64,000 nt of DNA from the human T2T-CHM13v2.0 reference genome, Homo sapiens. Below, piece by piece: positions 57,690 to 64,000 of this stretch. The stretch is from NCBI RefSeq assembly GCF_009914755.1, contig NC_060929.1; one strand, given 5' to 3'. A model generated the notes under the pieces. That model saw only the letters and a list, made by a program, of their open reading frames with translations. It was not told the origin of the DNA and made no database searches. The position numbers were made by a program, and so were the translations under genes. The first letter of the stretch is position 1; each line of letters starts with the position of its first letter.

Positions 57690-58005
57690 GAGCCAGCAGA
57701 AGCTCTCCACGCCCTATCATTTAGGATTTCTATGACAGCTTCATTATATTGGCAGGATTGATTAAATCATTGGTTGTTGGTAATTAACTCTGCTCCCTGG
57801 AGATTGGGGAATGGGCCAAAAAGTTCCAAATCTCTAATCACCAGGTTGGTTCCCTTGGCAATCAGCCCCTGTCCTGAGGCCGTCCAGGAGCCCCAAGCCA
57901 CCCGTCATGTCATTAGCATACAAAATTGCTTTGGAGATTCCGAGGGCTTTAGAAGTTGTGCGTCAGGACACTGGGGCAGAGGCCACATATATATTTTCTT
58001 ACTAT
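57690..58005 (-). mobile_element. MER21/MER77-like LTR fragment, preceded by an MLT1-like piece (~57330-57690)
   Basis: GATTGATTAAATCATTGG...TCATTAGCATACAAAA...GGAGATTCCGAGGG. Confidence 0.65.
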
Positions 58006-58368
58006 ATGCATGTAGTTGAAAGTTTCTCTTTCCAAGAATACCCAGTCCATTTACATTTAGTTAATTATCTACATAGGCAAGAGGTAGCCCACCTTAATCC
58101 AATCACTCATTGAGCTGGATCCAAATTGGTCTTCACTGTATGTCAAGCTCAGCCCTGCTGCTAGGGTGTAAACCTACAAGGCTCACAGCTAAATACCTGC
58201 GGTGTTATCGGCCCCTGAACTCCGGCTTTTGTCTCTACTGTGCACAGATTTTCTGCCTCTCAGCTCCTGCTTTCCAAGCGGCAAATATTCACAGGGGAGA
58301 AGTCACTCCAAAGGCCAGGCTGGCTTCTCAGGGCTTCCCTCCTGTCTGTGATGGAAGCCCCATCACGT

Positions 58369-58662
58369 GACCGGGCGCGGCGGCTCACGCCTGTAATCCC
58401 AGCACTCTGGGAGGCCGAGGCGGGCAGATCACGAGGTCAGGAGATCGAGACCATCCTGGCTAACACGGTGAAACCCCGTCTCTACTAAAAATACAAAATT
58501 AGCCGGGCATGGTGGTGCATGCCTGTAATCCCAGCTACTCCGGAGGCTGAGGCAGGAGAATCGCTTGAACCTGGGAGGCGGAGGGAGGTTGCAGTGAGCT
58601 GAGATCACGCCACTGCACTACAGTCTGGGCTCGAAACTCCATCTCAAAAAAAAAAAAAAAAA
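58369..58662 (+). mobile_element. Alu (AluSc/Y)
   Basis: TSD GAAGCCCCATCA. Confidence 0.95.
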
Positions 58663-58826
58663 GAAGCCCCATCAACGTCTTGGCTGCCTTAAGAGCTCCT
58701 TAATTCCTTCAAAAATATATGTTTTCTGTTTTGACTGACTTTTCTACGTTTCTTTAGCAAGATAATTGGTCTGAAATCAGCTATTTGACAATTTCTAGGA
58801 TAATTTTTAAAATTTTTCATTTTCTG

Positions 58827-59495
<669 letters not shown>

Positions 59496-59531
59496 GGATT
59501 TCCCTCTACTTTGATAGAAATATATGATTAT

Positions 59532-59908
<377 letters not shown>

Positions 59909-60090
59909 CTATTTTCAGTTTGATACTATTTTCTGTTTATGTAACTTAAATCACTTTAGTTTTCAGAAAATATATCCAGAAAAAAATTATTTTCTTCAAT
60001 TTATTGAGGCATAATTGACAGAAAATTGTATCTATTTAAGGTGTACAACTGATGATTTCACATATGTTAACACTTTAAAATGATTACCCT

Positions 60091-60395
60091 GGCCAGCCCT
60101 GGTGGCTCACACCTGTAATCCCGGCACTTTGGGAGGCCACAGCGGGAGGATTACTTGAGGCCAGGAGTTTGAGATCAGCCTGGGCAACACAGCGAAACCC
60201 CATCTCTCCAAAAAAATACAAAAAATTAGCCAGGTGTGGTGGCATGTGCCTTTAATCCCAGCTACTACTCAGGAAGCTGAGATGGGAGAATTGCTTGAAC
60301 CTGGGAGGCAGAAGTTGCAGTTAGCTGAGATGGTGCCACTGCACTCCAGCGTGGGTGACAAAATGAGACTCTAAGTAAATAAATAATAAAATAAA
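60091..60395 (+). mobile_element. Alu (AluJ)
   Basis: GGATTACTTGAGGCCAGGAGTT. Confidence 0.93.
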
Positions 60396-60426
60396 GTTAT
60401 TACCATGATAAAGTTAATTAGCATGC

Positions 60427-60834
60427 TGCATTAGTCTGTTTCGCATGGCTGTAAAGGAATACCTGAGGATGGGTAATTTATACAGAAAACAGGTTATTTG
60501 GCCCACAGTTCTGCAGCCTGCACTAACACGGCACCAGTAACTGCTGGGAGTCCGGGGAGGCCTCAGGAAGGCTTTACTGTTGGTGGAAGGCAAAAAGGGA
60601 GCAGGCATGTCACATGGCAAGAGAGGAGGCAAGAGAGAGATGCCAGGCCCTTTTAAACAATCAGATCTCTTGGTAACTAATAGAGTAAGAACTCACTCAT
60701 GACCTCAAGGACAGCACCAAGCCATTAATGAGGGATCCACGCCCATGACCCAAACACCTACTAGCCCTTACCTTCAACACTGGGGATTGCATTTCACATT
60801 ATGAGATTTGGAGGCAAATATCCAAACCACAGCA
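60427..60834 (-). mobile_element. MSTA-like MaLR solo LTR
   Basis: TGCATTAGTCTGTT...GAGGGATCCACGCCCATGACCCAAACACCT...CCAAACCACAGCA. Confidence 0.9.
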
Positions 60835-61476
60835 CTTACCCAATACTTCCCACACTTACCCCCTCCCTTTTTCGGTGAGAACACTTCAGATCTACTCTCT
60901 TAGCAAGCTTCAGTATAAAATATAGTATTATTAACTATGCTCACCGTGCTGTACATTAGATCTTTAGAATTCCTTCATCTTATAACTGAAAGTTTGTACA
61001 CTTTGATCAAGATCTCTCCATTTCCTCCCCCACCTCCCTTCCCGGCAACCACCAGGTTGCTCTGCTCTCTGCTTCTATGAGTTGGAAATGTTTCTTCTTT
61101 TTAGATTCCATATATAAGTGATACCATACAGTATTTGTCTGTCTCTGTCACACTTCACTGAGTATAGTGCCCTCTAGGTTCATTTATGTTGTTGATAGGC
61201 AGGACTTCTTTTTTAAAGTGGCTGAATAATATTCCGCTGTGTGTGTATGTGTGTCAAGTTTTCTTTTTATCCATTCACCTGTCAGTGGACACTTAGATTG
61301 TTTCCGTATCTTTGCTACTGTGAATAGTGCTGCAATGAACGTGAGATGCAGATCTCTCTTCCAGATCCTGGATACATACCCAGAAGTGGCACTGTTGAAT
61401 TATGTGGTAGTTCTATTTTTAATTTTTTTGAGTAAACTCCATACTGTTTTCCAGTGAAATAAGACAGTCAAAGAGG

Positions 61477-62112
61477 TTTTTCCATATCTTGGTACCAGGA
61501 GCTTTAACTCAGGTCCAACTCACCGTGGGCCCAGCGGGTCCCGGAACCCATTCTCTGGTCATTTCCCGGGTCCAGATGTGTAGTTGGAACAGACGTGTTC
61601 AGCAGCTAGCAGAGTTTCCACACGGGTTCCCTGAGCTATAAAGTGAGGGCAATTGTGATGGGAAAGGACAAATGGAAGGCGTTACAGCCATCTCTACCTA
61701 GAAAAATACTAAAACAAAAAACACACCAATACTGCCTTCCTGGAGGAATGATATAGATGAGTGCCATCATCAAAGACTTGAAGTATGGAGGGGTGGTGAT
61801 TCCTACCCCACATCCTTGTCCAACTCTCCTGGCCTGTGCAGAAGACAGATGAATCCTGGAGAATGATGGTGGATTCCCAGAAGCTTAACCAAGTGATAAC
61901 TCTAATTGCAGTTGCTGTACCAGATGCTGTTTCATTGCTTGAGCAAATTAACACATATCCTGGTACATGGTATGTAACTATTGATCTGACACACACCTTT
62001 TTCTCCATCCCTGTCCAGAAGGCCCACCTGAAGCAGTTTGCCTTCAGCTGGCCAGGGACACCTTCACTGTCCTCCCTCAGTTTAGATCAACTCTCCAGCC
62101 CCATGTCACAGT
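61477..62112 (+). pseudogene. HERV-L pol fragment (protease/RT N-terminal region), decayed, no LTRs
   Basis: ORF 61836-62141 begins QKTDESWRMMVDSQKLNQVIT...TWYVTIDLTHTFFSIPV...QFAFSW, i.e. retroviral RT motifs. Confidence 0.9.
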
Positions 62113-62202
62113 GTGAACCCAGGAGGCAGAGCTTGCAGTGAGCCGAGATCGCGCCACTGCACTCCAGCCTGGGTGACAGAGCGAGACTGCGTCTCAAAAA
62201 AA
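62113..62202 (+). mobile_element. AluY 3' fragment
   Basis: GTGAACCCAGGAGGCAGAGCTTGCAGTGAGCCGAGATCGCGCC...poly-A. Confidence 0.93.
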
Positions 62203-62602
62203 GGTATCGATTTTAAAACTTGATTTTTTATATATGTATATATTGTGCAATGAGCACCATAGTCAAGTCAGTTAACATATTTATCGCCTCACATAGTTAA
62301 CCTTTGTGTGTGTGTGTAAGATGAGAACACTTAAGATCTACCCTCTAAACAAATTTCAGGTATAAAATACAATAGTGTTAACTATAGTCACCATGCTGTA
62401 CATTCCATCTCCAGAACTTACTCATCTTGAGTAACCGGAAATTTACACTCATGACCAGCATCCCCCCATCCCCCCACTTCTCCCTCCCTCCAGCCCTGGA
62501 AACCACCATTCTACTCTCTTCTATGAGTCTGACTATTTTAGATTCCACATATAAGTGAGAGCATGCAGTATTTATCTTCCTGTGGCTAGCTTATTTCACT
62601 TG
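62203..62602 (-). mobile_element. L1MA 3'UTR fragment
   Basis: GAGAACACTTAAGATCTACCCTCT...TTAGATTCCACATATAAGTGAG. Confidence 0.88.
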
Positions 62603-63880
<1,278 letters not shown>

Positions 63881-64000
63881 TTGTCATGCTGTGCAGAGGG
63901 GCCCTGGGCAGAGGCCAGTCCCATCATTCTAAGCTCTGCTAAGGCCCTCTGCGATGGACACTCTGAAGGCCATTCTATTCGCCTTTTAATGAATAGTGAC

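Larger units (their letters stand above)
59990..61453 (-). mobile_element. L1MA 3' end interrupted by AluJ and MSTA
   Basis: TTTATTGAGGCATAATTGACA...GGTGAGAACACTT...GGCTGAATAATATTCC...CATACTGTTTTCCA. Confidence 0.9.

Overview
Primate (very probably human) genomic DNA with no recognisable protein-coding exon, RNA gene or CpG island. It is an intergenic or deep-intronic, repeat-dominated region. It holds about 50 Alu elements or fragments (roughly a fifth of the window), many old L1M, L2 and MIR fragments, and one 1.5 kb L1PA 3' fragment whose ORF2 C-terminus is still open. Solo LTRs include THE1, MST, MLT1, LTR32, MER41A, LTR14B and MER57A types, and there are two decayed ERV-L internal fragments (dUTPase region and RT). 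DNA-transposon relics are MER44, MER58A, MER81, MADE1 and MER3/33 types. Nearly all ORFs in the track are Alu, L1 or ERV artefacts. Subfamily names come from recalled consensus sequences, not from a search, and boundaries are approximate. The most unusual items are: (i) a ~2.3 kb degenerate CAGAC/CAGATG tandem array at ~27.9-30.2 kb that switches strand near 29.8 kb; (ii) the same non-consensus L1 inversion junction present twice, in opposite orientations, 7 kb apart; (iii) an Alu joined to an L1 with no intervening A-tail inside one apparent TSD; (iv) a box C/D-like hairpin in unique sequence. I cannot support a claim of a new biological system; these are leads only.
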